A stretch of DNA of 64,000 nucleotides from Nymphaea colorata (lineage: Eukaryota): positions 38,936,001 to 39,000,000 of the forward strand of contig NC_045138.2 of NCBI RefSeq assembly GCF_008831285.2, read 5' to 3'. The position numbers were made by a program, and so were the translations under genes. The notes beneath the pieces are model-generated. The model ran no database searches. It saw nothing but the letters and a program-made list of their open reading frames with translations, and had not been told where the DNA came from. The number at the start of each line of letters is the position of its first letter. Position 1 is the first letter of the stretch. Below are positions 42,852 to 54,961 of the stretch, one piece after another.

Positions 42852-42906
<55 letters not shown>

Positions 42907-45900
42907 TTATTATTATTGTTATTGTTTTCATTTTTTCCTGAGATTCAACCAAATGGATGTGGGCTATTGGGTTGTTTAAACTTTTAGTCGAGAACAACTT
43001 TCAAATAACTGGGATCCAACTTGTATCAAGTTGTTTATGCATCAAATCTCGTTGGCTTGAAAAACAAGTTTGTTTGGTAAAACAAATATAGGTTTTCGAC
43101 CCTGCTGAACAAATTCAGCTTTCAAAGTTCTAACAGACTGGATGAACTAGAAGACAAGATAAATTAGGGCATCATGTGTATATGTATGTACGTTCATATG
43201 TAGATAAGTATGTATACATGTATATATGTATGTGTGAAATGTGCAGCACTGGTCAGTTGTTTCTGACTTTGTCCCACCAGAATGCTTTGGGCCAGCATCA
43301 AGTATGGGCATTAGGAAACCTGATCAATCAGATGCATATTAATCAGATTTGAGTTTTGGACTTAAATAGAAATTTACCAAAACTGAAGCTGCATTCTACC
43401 TGCCACCCAATTTATGTCTATTGAATTTCAATTCCTTAAAGAAAGATAAAGTAACTCTATTCAGCTTCATGTCCAATTTGGACATGGTAATCCTCCTAGC
43501 GCATGATGTGAGGCCTTCCAGTGTGAGTGTTACTCTTTTCAAAATTGACTATACATGTTTTTTTGGTACACGGAATCCAATTGGATATTGGATAAAAATA
43601 AAAATTGAGTTCAAACTTGATCAAGATTAACCAATTCCAGCTTGCCTATACTTAGATTCTCTTTTTCTTACCAAATCAAACTAATCCAAATCCAGTTGGT
43701 CGAATAAAATAAACCATGCTCAAGTTGGTATCCTCCTTCCTACTCTCCGATATTATATGCTTTGTGCTTTTCTGTTATTGGTTGCCTCTTCAACCTTTTT
43801 TCATATCAAAAGATGATGGTGAATCGGTGATCATGGCAGTAGAACATTGAATGCAGTTCCTCAAAAACATTGGGAAGAATATGTAATTTTCTGATGAACT
43901 TCTCTGTCCACAAATTGTGTATCCATATAGTAATCTAATATACCACAGTTGAGCTTTTTGTACAAAAATTATAGGAATTTGATTTCAGGAGTCTATTTAA
44001 TCTATTTTGCAGAATATGAAAGCAGATGATAAAAGGAAGGTTGTTCCCCGTGTATGCATCATTGGAGGAAAGGCAGCTCCAGGTTACGAAATGGCCAAGA
44101 AGATAATTAAGCTCATCCATGCTGTTGCAGAAAAAATTAATAATGACGATGACATCGGTGATCTTCTTAAACTGGTTTGTCCAAAACAATTCATAGTCGA
44201 ATCATCCTTTATAATTTCTTAGCTGAAGACGTTCTTGCATATTCATACACCAGTGTATACATGATATGTATTATGTACACATGTACTGCAAGAGGGATGT
44301 TCCATACTTTAACCTGCAGGACTTTTCAAGGAAACCAATTGGGACTAAAAACTAATGGTCTTGTAGTTTTTGTGAATGATGCTGATGCTCTGATTGAAAA
44401 TGACTTGAAAATTATAAAAGTGGGAGCTTCGTGCAAGTAATCTTGGTCTCTCCTATCAGAAAAGTTGAAGCAAATTTATGACCTTGAAAAGTTAAATTAC
44501 AACTAGCGCTAATGGAACTGATGAAAAGAAGCTTTTGTCTTCTGGACCTCGCATTCTGACTCTTTCTGTGACATCTAGGTTGGTGTAAATATGTAGAATT
44601 GTCATTCATGCATGGTTGTGGTAATAGCTGTTTCAATGGTGTTAAGATCACTGCTGCTGAAACCGTGGTGCCATGTGCCATTTTTATTCTTTCTGATACT
44701 TTTAAAATGTTTTCTTATTTAAAAAAAAATTACCTTTTGATTTTCAACTATACAAATTCAATTATTAACATTTTGCCGGTTCAGGAACTATTCTGAAGCC
44801 GGTACAAATTGGCTAATTTGTTGAATTGTCCTGCCCCCATTTGGAAGTTGATTCTGATAAGATTGGTTTTAACTGTAAGTCCACACTTAAGTTTGACTCC
44901 ACCTGAAATATGGAAACCAAGGTCCCATCAAGCCATTATCATGGTGGTAATTGGTGAAGTTTCTGTAGGAGCAGATGCAGTACAGAACATCGTTATTATA
45001 AAGGAGGAATTTTATGAGAACCAAGTCTTGAAAAAGGCTGTGTATCTTGAATATATCAAAATTTTCACTAACAGTACGTGCACTTAGTAATTACACCCTT
45101 CAACAAAATTCACATACTATTTGGTTTGAACATGGATTCTGGAAGCTTATTATTCAAAACCTCATAAAGGAGAATCCAGATAGGTCTGCATGCTTTTTCC
45201 ATTCAATTTGACATCAGGAAGTGGTCACAATTATTTTAAGATTTTAGGGGCTGTCTAGCTGTTCAACGTAGTATTATAACCCATTTCATATTGCTCAAAC
45301 TTAGCATGTAACTACTTTTGCAAGGTTTGTTGTATGACAGACCAGAAATTCAGAATGAATTGGCTTTGATTTTTTTAATCATCTGAAAAATCTAAATAAC
45401 AAAGAATAAAAGTTTTACTATTCGAATTGGGTGATAACTGATAAACTACGAGTGGCAATTTTTGTTACTGTCTGTTTCATTCCTTTGGTTTTAACTTTTA
45501 CCTCCCAACTTGCACGTAACTATTTTTTTTCCTTAAATGTAGTCTTCATTATGCTCATAATTTTGTCTATTTTGCAGGTTTTCGTCCCAGATTATAATGT
45601 TTCTGTAGCTGAAGTAGTGATACCTGGAAGTGACCTTTCACAGCATATAAGGTCATGTCGAGCTCTCTTCAGTGTCCTTTGCCTCAGTAGTTTTCATATA
45701 TCCTTGTTACAAAAAATTGTCATAATCTTGTTACAAAAAATTGTCATAATTGCTGTAGATTCAAGAAAATAATTGGAAGAAAGTGCTTATAAATAGATAT
45801 CTACTATAACTTTAGGACTCTATTTTCAAAACGAACTATGGAAAAAATACTTATTTGCGACTATCCAGGAGATGTACATGCTTTCGGTCATGTCAACACT

Positions 45901-47663
45901 CATTCTTTCCTATCCACAAGGTCTTTATGCATCTGGTAAGGTGTGAGTCGTGACTTGTGAATCTCACCAAATTGAGATGTCGTATATTTATTTCTGAGTT
46001 TATGATTGTGAGTTGTGCTTTTGAAGATACATACTATGATACTAATCAATATATGATTTGTAATGTTATCAATATGTCCAGTGTTTGTGCTTGAAAAATC
46101 TACAGCAGAGCAGCTGATTTGTTAAAAACTAGGTTTCTCTGTTTCATTTTATTATTTTCTAAAGTTACTGCCTTTTTGCTTCTTCTGTATTAAGTTATTA
46201 ACTATAAGATATTGTGCACGTGTTCCCTCATTTTTTATAAAACCTACTATTCTTTGAGCAAAAGCCTAGTTCTTGAGATGTATCCAAGTTGTTCTCACAG
46301 AAAGCAAAGCCTCTTCATTTTTTCCTAGTGTCTTTGTGCATATATGGAGGATTTCTCTTTAGCTTTTGCCTATTGAAAAGGGTTGTTTTTTATTTTCTAC
46401 AGATAATTATTTTTTAGACATCCTTCGAACATTGCAACTTGTGATTCTCTTGGATTCCTGTTGGAAGTATTCTATATGGTCCTTGAGTTACATTTGTCTG
46501 ATTTTTTTCTTTATTTTTGATAGCACGGCAGGGCACGAAGCATCAGGAACCAGCAGTATGAAATTTTTGATGAATGGATGTCTACTTTTAGCAACAGCTG
46601 ATGGGTCAACGTGTGAAATTATTGAAGAGATAGGGGAAGATAACATGGTCAGTATTGTGGCATATCTCCAGATAATTCTTTAGTTCGGTGTCTTTTGTAC
46701 GGAAATGGACGTAATACATTTTTCTTTTTCTTATATACTTTCTTAAAAACTTCCATACGAGGAAGATGTTAAGCAGCAGGTAAACTAGGAAGGGATGACT
46801 CTTAGGAAAGTGCAACCCACACCATGTTCATTATTTTACAAGATTCCATAGAATTTTTCATGTTATCTGCATCATATGCTTGAGCAAGCTCTATTGCCGA
46901 AGTAGATTCCTGATGCATGCTTGGTACTCGTGAGTTCCATAGCCAATCATTTGTTACTGCTGCAGTTTGTATTTGGTGCCAAAGTTAACGAAGTCCCTTC
47001 TCTGAGAGAGAAGAGGCGTGATCTTCAAGTACCTCTCCAATTCGTGCGTGTGGTTAGGTTTGTATATCACCTTCTCTGTCTGCCTTTGAACCTTTTGCTC
47101 TTTTAGAATGAGTGTCATATCTCGATAAATATTTAAGAGTTTTGATCTTTTGTTATCCCGTGTGGTTGGTAGGATGGTCAGAGATGGTTATTTTGGCCAT
47201 AAGGACTATTTCAAGTCATTATGCGATAGTGTGGATGACATTGGTGGTGATTTCTATCTTCTTGGGTACGACTTTATGAGTTATCTGGAAGCACAGGTAG
47301 ATTCCTACTATTTCTTTTGAATATGTGTGCTATATGACTAGATTGTTAAAAGTTGTCATTTGTGCTTGCATGTTCTTCAATGTCCGTGTGTGGGAACATC
47401 CATGGATAATGCATGTACTTCCACACATCCTTACAAGTGTGCATGAGCATGGTTTAATGTGTTTTCTATTTTTGGGTTATTGAAGTTGCCTGAATGATAA
47501 ATTTTCACAGGCTGCTGCTGATAAGGCATTTGTTGATCAAGACAAGTGGACAAAGATGAGTATCTTGAGCACCGCTGGATCTGGTAAATTCAGCAGCGAC
47601 AGAACTGTTGCAGAATATAGAGATAAGATATGGAAGGTTCAGCCTTGCAGGTTACCTTTTTGA
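28841..47663 (+). CDS. Alpha-1,4-glucan phosphorylase (GT35) with N-terminal transit-peptide-like region and ACT-like domain. About 22 exons: 28841-29551, 29742-29856, 31369-31469, 32264-32355, 33629-33764, 33867-33935, 34072-34173, 36268-36366, 36894-37004, 37217-37423, 37732-37839, 40182-40277, 40613-40669, 41126-41272, 41358-41417, 41641-41745, 44013-44174, 45578-45651, 46524-46647, 46966-47057, 47173-47296, 47511-47663
   Basis: [90 protein letters not shown] motif [24 protein letters not shown]. Confidence 0.95.
34750..35700 (+). mobile_element. Possible highly degenerate LINE ORF1 (DUF4283-like) relic in a phosphorylase intron
   Basis: Broken frames read EFLMKFE..KGP, LWIELH and VKVRIL, reminiscent of plant L1 ORF1. 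The purine-rich composition differs from the flanking intron. Confidence 0.3.
38444..38793 (-). mobile_element. LTR-retrotransposon relic: tRNA-iMet-type PBS plus adjacent putative 5' LTR
   Basis: gctctgacacca (38444-38455) reads TGGTGTCAGAGC on the - strand, one mismatch to the canonical TGGTATCAGAGC. It abuts a TG...CA-bounded segment of ~340 bp whose A-rich skew is opposite to the host intron. Confidence 0.6.
41429..41525. repeat. (CCT)n-(CT)n compound microsatellite in a phosphorylase intron
   Basis: Visible CCT run followed by a CT run. Confidence 0.95.
42020..42903. mobile_element. ~800-bp non-autonomous element embedded in (TA)n
   Basis: (TA)n at 42020-42058 and 42854-42903 flank an insert with GC-rich subtermini (gtgcggg / gactcg motifs) and an AT-rich centre. 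Confidence 0.7.
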
Positions 47664-47771
47664 ATAGGGGAGGCAGAGAGAGTACATCAGCAGTGAGCAA
47701 TGCTGCTCCACTCGGCAAGTGACAGGCTCCCTCCCTCCCCACGTACAAATAAAACAACTCTTGACTTCTGA

Positions 47772-47933
47772 AGGGTTGGGGCTGTTCGAGTTGCCAATTT
47801 AAGTCTTGAAGTGTTAATAAGTGCTGGTGTTGGTGGCGCTCTGCCCACCAGTAGGGTTGGGGCGGTTCGAGTTGCCAATTTAGGTCTTGAAGTGTTAATA
47901 AGTACTGGTGTTGTTGGCACTCTGCCCAACAGT
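47772..47933. repeat. 81-bp x2 tandem duplication just after the phosphorylase stop codon
   Basis: Units start agggttgggg at 47772 and 47853 and differ at about 6 positions. Confidence 0.93.
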
Positions 47934-49329
47934 CTAAGGGGCGTTTTTTGGTTAGAAGTTTCTTAAAGAATCAATGATCTTTAGCAGCCAGGAATAGTAC
48001 TGTAAACTACATCGCTCGATGTTCTGTGATAAGTTTTTCTCACAGAATCAGGAGGTGATTCTTTGCTAGAGACATTTTTACCTTTTTAAAAACTTCGTTC
48101 TCGAACTGCAGGTGCTTCTCTTGAAAAGGCGAAAGTGCATCTGACTGTTGTTTCATGTGTGCCTGTTTTATGACTAGTTGAACAAAGTATAGAAAGATGA
48201 AGGAAAAAGATGAAATATATCTAAAAGACATGAACTAGTTTAATATTCGTAAAAAGGGTTGGGGTGGGGGGGGGGGGGGGGGGGTAATAATAGATCTAAT
48301 TAAGCGATGTTTTCCTGAATATAACTAATTGAGTGTGACAACAGAGGGACATGCATTTATTTATTAAGATTTCAAAAGTTAAGTCGATTGGTGAACTGCT
48401 CATAAATTCACATCCACCGCAGGTTGTGCACGTGCACAATCGAGGCATGTTCTTGTTTCTTAACAACCTTTGGCAGCATTAGAGTTAGTTTCCAGATTTA
48501 AGTCATTGACAACGAGAAAAGATTATAAACTATGAGAAACAGCTGTGATCAAGCAGTCTCCCTCAAATTCAAAGGGACCTCAATCAGGTAAGTCCGAAGA
48601 AATCTGAGTGCGAGTTAGCTCATGTGCGCAAATCAGACAAGCATCACGCTGTTTACCTAAACAATAAATTTGAATAAGCAGCAGAAAAATCTAAACAAGT
48701 AGACAAATCAAGGAGAGTGGTCCGTCTGACCCTGGACGATCAGATATTTTCCTGGTTACCTTCACCCGCACAGCGAGATGTACCAAACCCTCAAGCGATG
48801 TAGACAGCATCGGAAGTGAAGTCTCCTAATCGTCCTGTTTTAATTTTTCATATCTTACAAGATAAATTAATTACTAATTCGAAAAGGAATACCAATGTGG
48901 CATGTATCGTTCGGTTTTAAGCCACAGGTAACTAGCGATATACTTTGACCTCATGATTGGCGTTTCAAACTTTATATATGAATTCATCGCAAAGCAAGAA
49001 GAGACAAACATATCAGAGTTTTTGAGTATAAAAAGCTGACGAGCAATATATACGTAACGAGAAGGAAAATTAGCCAATGGAATATCAATTTTCAATTACA
49101 AGTCATAAGAAAATATATAAATAACGGCTCTCGCGATGGATTTTTCGTTTTTAGAAAAAAAAATTGTGACTAGGCTGTTTATGATGATGATAACAAGAAA
49201 GGAAATAGCCTACCCCAAAGAAAGAGAACAGGACAACTAGTGGGCAGGCAGTAAAGGGTATCGAACGCTTGATTATGCCAATATTGAAGGATGGAGAAGT
49301 TTAGCCCAAAAAAGGCAAACTAATGGGAA

Positions 49330-52300
49330 TCAAAACTTGTGGCAGCTGCTTGCTCGTATCGTCCGTGCAATAGATCTACCTGTGCGAATACGGCGTCCAG
49401 TGAGTGCATCGAGAAGGCTCTCTAAAGTATCATTCAAAGCTTCTGCCGATTTATGAAGCCCCAGAGAAGATAATTGAGGCAGTTGATTCAGTTCTGTTAA
49501 AAGGTCTGCAGCTGCGGCTGCTGTACATGAACGATCCTTGGAAGGTTGAGTCCTGTTCTCAGCAGAATACAAAGGCACAAGTTAGAAATAGAAAAGCTAA
49601 TATCATCGGTACCACAATTGAAAGCATATAAAGAACACTTGAGAAACCTTAGCTTGTGCATAACTGATACGGATGGGATGGCCAAAGAAATGGTGTTGAG
49701 ACCTTCTCCCCAGACCCTTATTGCTCGATCCTGCATTATGCAAACAACTCTCAGTAACTGCAGCTTAGACAAAACTATTAAACTTGAAGCAATTCGACGG
49801 TAGATATATTGTGTAGATGTCCAAAATTGTACACACAAAAAAAAACTATTTTGGGTCTTCAGATAAGCTGGTGAGATTGTCAAAAACAATGTAATAAGAA
49901 TCATGCAAAAAAAACGTATGCATATTGATAGGGCCTAGCGGAACCTGTAGTATATTGGCAGCAAATGGCTACAAGAAAAAAAGGTCATTTTGCTAGCAAA
50001 TGGTTCTTTAAAGAACAAATGTAGTCTACCATGTAAGTAAATGGCACTCATAAATGGGACATGAAAGAATTCCACATTCTGAAAAGGACATATTTGCATT
50101 TGCTTGCATGTCCAATCTTATAACCATTCCAAAAAATAACGTAAAAAATTCAGTGTTACCTTCAAGCGGTTGAACATTGCAGCAGAATTATTCCATGTAC
50201 CATCTACCAGTATAACGTTCATTACTGGCATCTTCTCATCCACCTAGAAACTTTCAGAGGTCATCACTTGACCAACTTTATGAAAGGGGCTGATACCAAG
50301 ACGAAAGAGAAAAATGAAGTTGCACAGGCACATGGAGATGTGCTAGCAAACAAAACTGCACAATGAATCAAACCATCAGATTATTCAAATATCAATCCTG
50401 CGCATCTAGATTCTTCCAGATCCATATACATATGCATGTTCTAATCTGTTTGTATGGCAGGGTTGTAATCTTGTTTGTACCTTACAGGGTTTTAAGTCTA
50501 ACATGTAATAAGTTACGTCATGAAAGAAGGATTAGGATGGCTGCCCAGAATGTGGCGGCTATTTTTCTTCCCATCTTCACTTTTCTTTCTCCCTCTCTAC
50601 TTTCTGAAGAATGAAGATTGACAGCTTCCGAACATCTGATGCTTTAAATTCTTTCAGAATAAACTACATAAAACCTTTCCCCACACACAGACAGAGAGAG
50701 AGAAAGAGAGTATGAAGAATAGGAAAAGGTTATGCTGTCATAAGATCTATGCTGCAGCAAAAAGTTATGGCAACTATTTCCCTTACATTTTACATCTATC
50801 AAGGGAGCAAAAAATACAAGTTAGCCACATATATCTAGTACTTAAAATAATGAACAAAGAAGACCTAGAAGCCTGTAAATGTTATGTACATAAGGAGAGA
50901 TTTGAAGATGGATTAAGAAATAATACAATACACAAGAAAATGCTTTGAACATAGATCCTAACCTAATACCATATCGATTGTCATTTGTAAACCTCCCCCT
51001 CAAACTTGCTTAGAGTGCACGATCTCCATGATTCATGGAGATCTCAAGTTCAACTAGGCTAAACATTCATGTTCTAGACTGGGAAAATCTAACATGGTTA
51101 ATTATTAAAACAAGTAGAAGTATGTTTATATGTCATTTTGCTAAATATTGTATCAGCGCATTTGAAGCCTTTTCATATTCTCTATGTGGCGCACTTATAT
51201 TGTTCAATCCTCTGACTTCAAATGGTTAGCAATATTTACTACCATTTTAAATCTTATAAGTAACACATAAAGGATCCAACAAAATTTCTCGAACTCATTT
51301 GGTCCAGGGCACAAATCATAAAGCGAATCACTAGTGTTAAGGATCTTTCTTTAGATAAAAGTACGAGATCTGAAAAAATAATTAGCTACATCATTCATAA
51401 GAGCTTGTTGCTTGTCATACTCATCACCCTGAAATCCACATGACAATCCATATGCATGATAATAGCTTCTTATGCAACATATGTAACATAAACGAAAAAA
51501 GACCCAACAAAAATCAAAACAAAAAGGAACAAATAAGACATTAGAAGAAATAAATTTTGGTTTGGTGATAACATGCATACAATTGAAATAGAAGATTCTT
51601 TCAGAAACATAATCATTATGAAACTTAATACTTTCTACCTATCGAGACATATACCTGAGGAAATTTTTCTTCAACACTTCCTAGCACACCATCAAAGTTT
51701 ATATCCTTCACAGATTGAGAAGGTGCATTTTGAGTAGGATAAAGGCACCAAACCATATCCCTCCCTGACACCCAGATTTTTAGAACGAAATGTTAGTAAA
51801 AGCAGCAAATAAAATCCTAAAATGATAGTAAAGCATATAGGTACGCTAATAAGCACCAGAATAATTATAAGCAAATAAAAATGTCGACGGATGGTTTACA
51901 TGTCTATTAATTGCTGAAATTCATTCTAATCCCAGGTCATGCCTAACTTTCTTCATTTTTCTATCTTAAAAGATTAAATCCTGAGACTGCATTTAGCCTA
52001 TAAGTGAATACGAATAATGATAATGCCAACTTAAGGAGATGATACTCAAACATTCACAAGCAAGGCAGAATTTCAGAACAAGAGCCAACGTTGTGTTAGT
52101 ATGACTTGATGACAAATTTGTAATTGTTTACTGAACCCTCTGCACAAACAGACAGCAGTCACAAAGTGGAAAAGAAAAAGAGACTAAAATAAATAAGTGG
52201 TTCCAGCATAATATAGTGAGATTTATTTTAGATTACTGTGCACTGCAGATAGAAGGCACTACCAACTCAAACTTAACTCAAGTCATCCTATCACTAGCCC

Positions 52301-54657
52301 TGAAAGAACTACTGAGAGCAACTCCAGAAGGAACCATTATCAGAAAGGACCCCAAATTCATTTAAACAATAATGAACGAGAATTGTTATCAGCCAAACTG
52401 ACCTGAACTTTGGAGGACCTTCCACATGCTTTCTTCATGTTCACAAATGCCAAAAAGGCACAAGCGAGCCTGTTCAACTCCAAATAGTTGCCACAACAGT
52501 TTTCCAGTATTGTTTTGTCGCAGAAAATCCTATTAAAACAGAAACCCTTTATCTTCCAGCAATGTAATTTTGGTCATCGTATTGGACATGAAAGATAGAA
52601 AATAAACATTCATGTGGTGTAGAGGAAATTCTTAAGCAGGTAAATTTCAGATTCACTCTCTCCCTTTACGCCCAACATCCCAAGAGGAGCCAGATAGTAA
52701 TTTTAAGATGGCTTTATTAACCATGTTTCTCTCATGGATAGACCAAACTAACTAGTCAAATACAAGAGGAGGGTTTCTAACTTTCTATTAATCATTGAGA
52801 TTCAAGAAGCAACATTGTCTTCCTTAATAAGGACATTCATAGACAAAAATGGTTTATTAAGTTCATTGTTGTTTTCTCTTTCTTCCTTCTTCCTTTTCTT
52901 AATTGGCCATGTCGGTTGCCGTATCAACTTCTTCTTTTCTTCTTATTGGCTATATCTGTTCTCAGACCATTTCCAAACCTTAATGCATATAATTTTATGC
53001 AACCCCATAGTTTCTTTAGCTGCTTAGTTGAAGTAGATTAGATTATCATCAATTTACATGTCTAGATCAGGAAAGGATATGGATATAGAAAAGATTGATA
53101 AGTTTGTCATCTATCAAGAGGTGAAGCTAACTTTACTAATACTGTTTGCAAACCTTTGGATGCATGTACAACCAGAAGCGCAATCCACGCCATAAAAAGC
53201 AAGGTAGAATTTTTGAACACATACAATCTCCATGAAGAGGAAGCCAGCACTGCAATGCAAGAAAGTGGATAAGAGGTTCAGTAGTGACAAATACAGGTTG
53301 CTTCACTGTAACGATAGGTAATATATAATATGTTACACATTATCAAATATAAAGGTTCTGGAACATACAACAGAGATGAAACATTTATTCACACGATGGC
53401 TACAGGAACAGTAAAGCTAAGTCAGAAAACCCATCTAATAAAAGGAAGAAGAAAAAAAAATAAAACAATTTAAAGAGGTTCAGCTTTTCTAGCTTGAGAA
53501 GTTCGGTCACACTATTGAATTATATAAATCATTATAAATGCACTATCAACTGTCATTAGTCCTGTCTCTAAGGACAATACAAAGCTTTGGAATGTCAAGT
53601 AACCACAGTGAACGTAATATGTGCGTCTGTTGAAGGGAATGAGACAGGGCCATCAACGCCAACGATTTGATCACAAGTTTGCTTTTCATGTGAGAAAATT
53701 CTATGCTATCCAAGCACGACGCTGTTCCCAGAGCTATGAGGTAACTTCAACTATCCCTTCACAGCTAAAGCAAACAAGTCTCAAGTTTCCATACGTTTCA
53801 TACGAGTCTCGTATCAGAGTAAAAAGACGTTCGTTTCCATGAGAAAACGAGGCGGACTCTTATAGATTCAAATGCGAAAAATTGTTGGCCAACTAGGTAC
53901 CTTGTGGCAAAGATATCCCCTACTCCCAAGTAGACGACATCCTATTTGACGAGCAGCAAAGAACTGCAGCTTCTTTTCAGAATCTAGAAGAGACTGATAC
54001 ATGGCCTTATGCTTTTTTTCCTCTCGTTCTTTAAAAGGTCCCTGCATTAGAAAGGAAAAATGGATAACTAACAGATAATCAAAATGTCTTATGGGAAATC
54101 GCATCCATCAACTACAGGTGGGTATGCAATCTTGAAATTGAATCTATCAATGACAACAACAGGAAATGAAAACGGAACGACAATTCGATTACCCGAAGTT
54201 TGCCTCCGATGCCACCGAACTTTATCGGGGCGTCCACCTCTCTGCGTAGAGCCTTCAAGCCCTCTACGGATTCCGACACCATTTCCGGCACCTGGGTCGA
54301 CCAAGAGGACGTGATCCCCCACTCCTCCCACTCCTTCTCTCCAATCTCCAGATTTCCTCCTTCCCCTCCTTCTCCGTCTTCTCCTTCCTCCCCGTCCCTT
54401 CCTCCTCCCTCTTCAATGGTCTCGGTAGCCATCGAATCTCCTCCTCCTTCTCCTCCTAGAACAGAGTTAGAAGAGCAAGGAGGAGGCGGTGCCCTTGTCC
54501 TTCTCAACAAACACAATGAAGAGGCGGCGGCGGCGGCAGCAGCAGCAGCGCGGGAAAGAGGAATAGGAAGCCAGCGATTGAAGCAGCAGTTGGACGAGTG
54601 GCAAGAGCGCGCGGCAAGGGCTACAGACCCGGGCCACGCGGCCGACATCGTCATCAT
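49330..54657 (-). CDS. DTW-domain protein (tRNA-uridine aminocarboxypropyltransferase, TapT/DTWD2-like). Exons 54657-54193, 54041-53901, 53249-53154, 52529-52403, 51764-51655, 50243-50160, 49730-49648, 49552-49330
   Basis: LCHKCWLP..DCMC Cys cluster, LYMHPKD...NNTGKL, CLYP, ILVDGTW (DTW motif), KLRTQP...CTAAA. GT-AG junctions are in frame. Confidence 0.88.
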
Positions 54658-54826
54658 TTTTATTTTCCTTTTCAACGCATCCTCTTCCTCTCTCTACTAA
54701 TGCTATGTAGCCGTTCTGCTCGTCCGAGCGTCCGCTACACCCTCGCCCTTTTGCTTAGTCTCGTCATTGACCACGCAGCACTGCTGCATCTTACTCTCCC
54801 TCTCGTAGCCACCTTTCTGTAATAGC

Positions 54827-54961
54827 TTAGTTGGTGAGATTAACGAGTCTAATCGATAATTTGATTCTTATAAGTGTTATATTTTTAGAGGCATAGTAAC
54901 TTAGTTGGTGAGATTAACGAGTCTAGTCTATGGTTTGATTCTTGCAAGTGTTATATTTTTA
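54827..54961. repeat. ~62-bp imperfect direct repeat (73-bp period) upstream of the DTW gene
   Basis: cttagttggtgagattaacgagtcta...tttgattctt..aagtgttatattttta occurs twice. Confidence 0.85.

Noticed and set aside
47687..47929. 80-aa ORF with a 27-aa internal repeat
   Set aside because: By-product of the 81-bp UTR duplication; non-ATG start.
50985..51010. TTGAGGGGGAG on the - strand, like a copia polypurine tract
   Set aside because: No adjacent TG-initiated LTR or RNase H coding remnant could be recognised.
51351..51428. Possible alternative terminal exon (GDEYDKQQALMN...) in a DTW intron
   Set aside because: It has an acceptor-like ttcag, but using it would truncate the protein before DGTW, and no homology is recognisable.
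605..54657. Possible plastid-function gene cluster (GLK, phosphorylase, DTW, TAT)
   Set aside because: The genes share no single pathway; adjacency is compatible with ordinary gene order.
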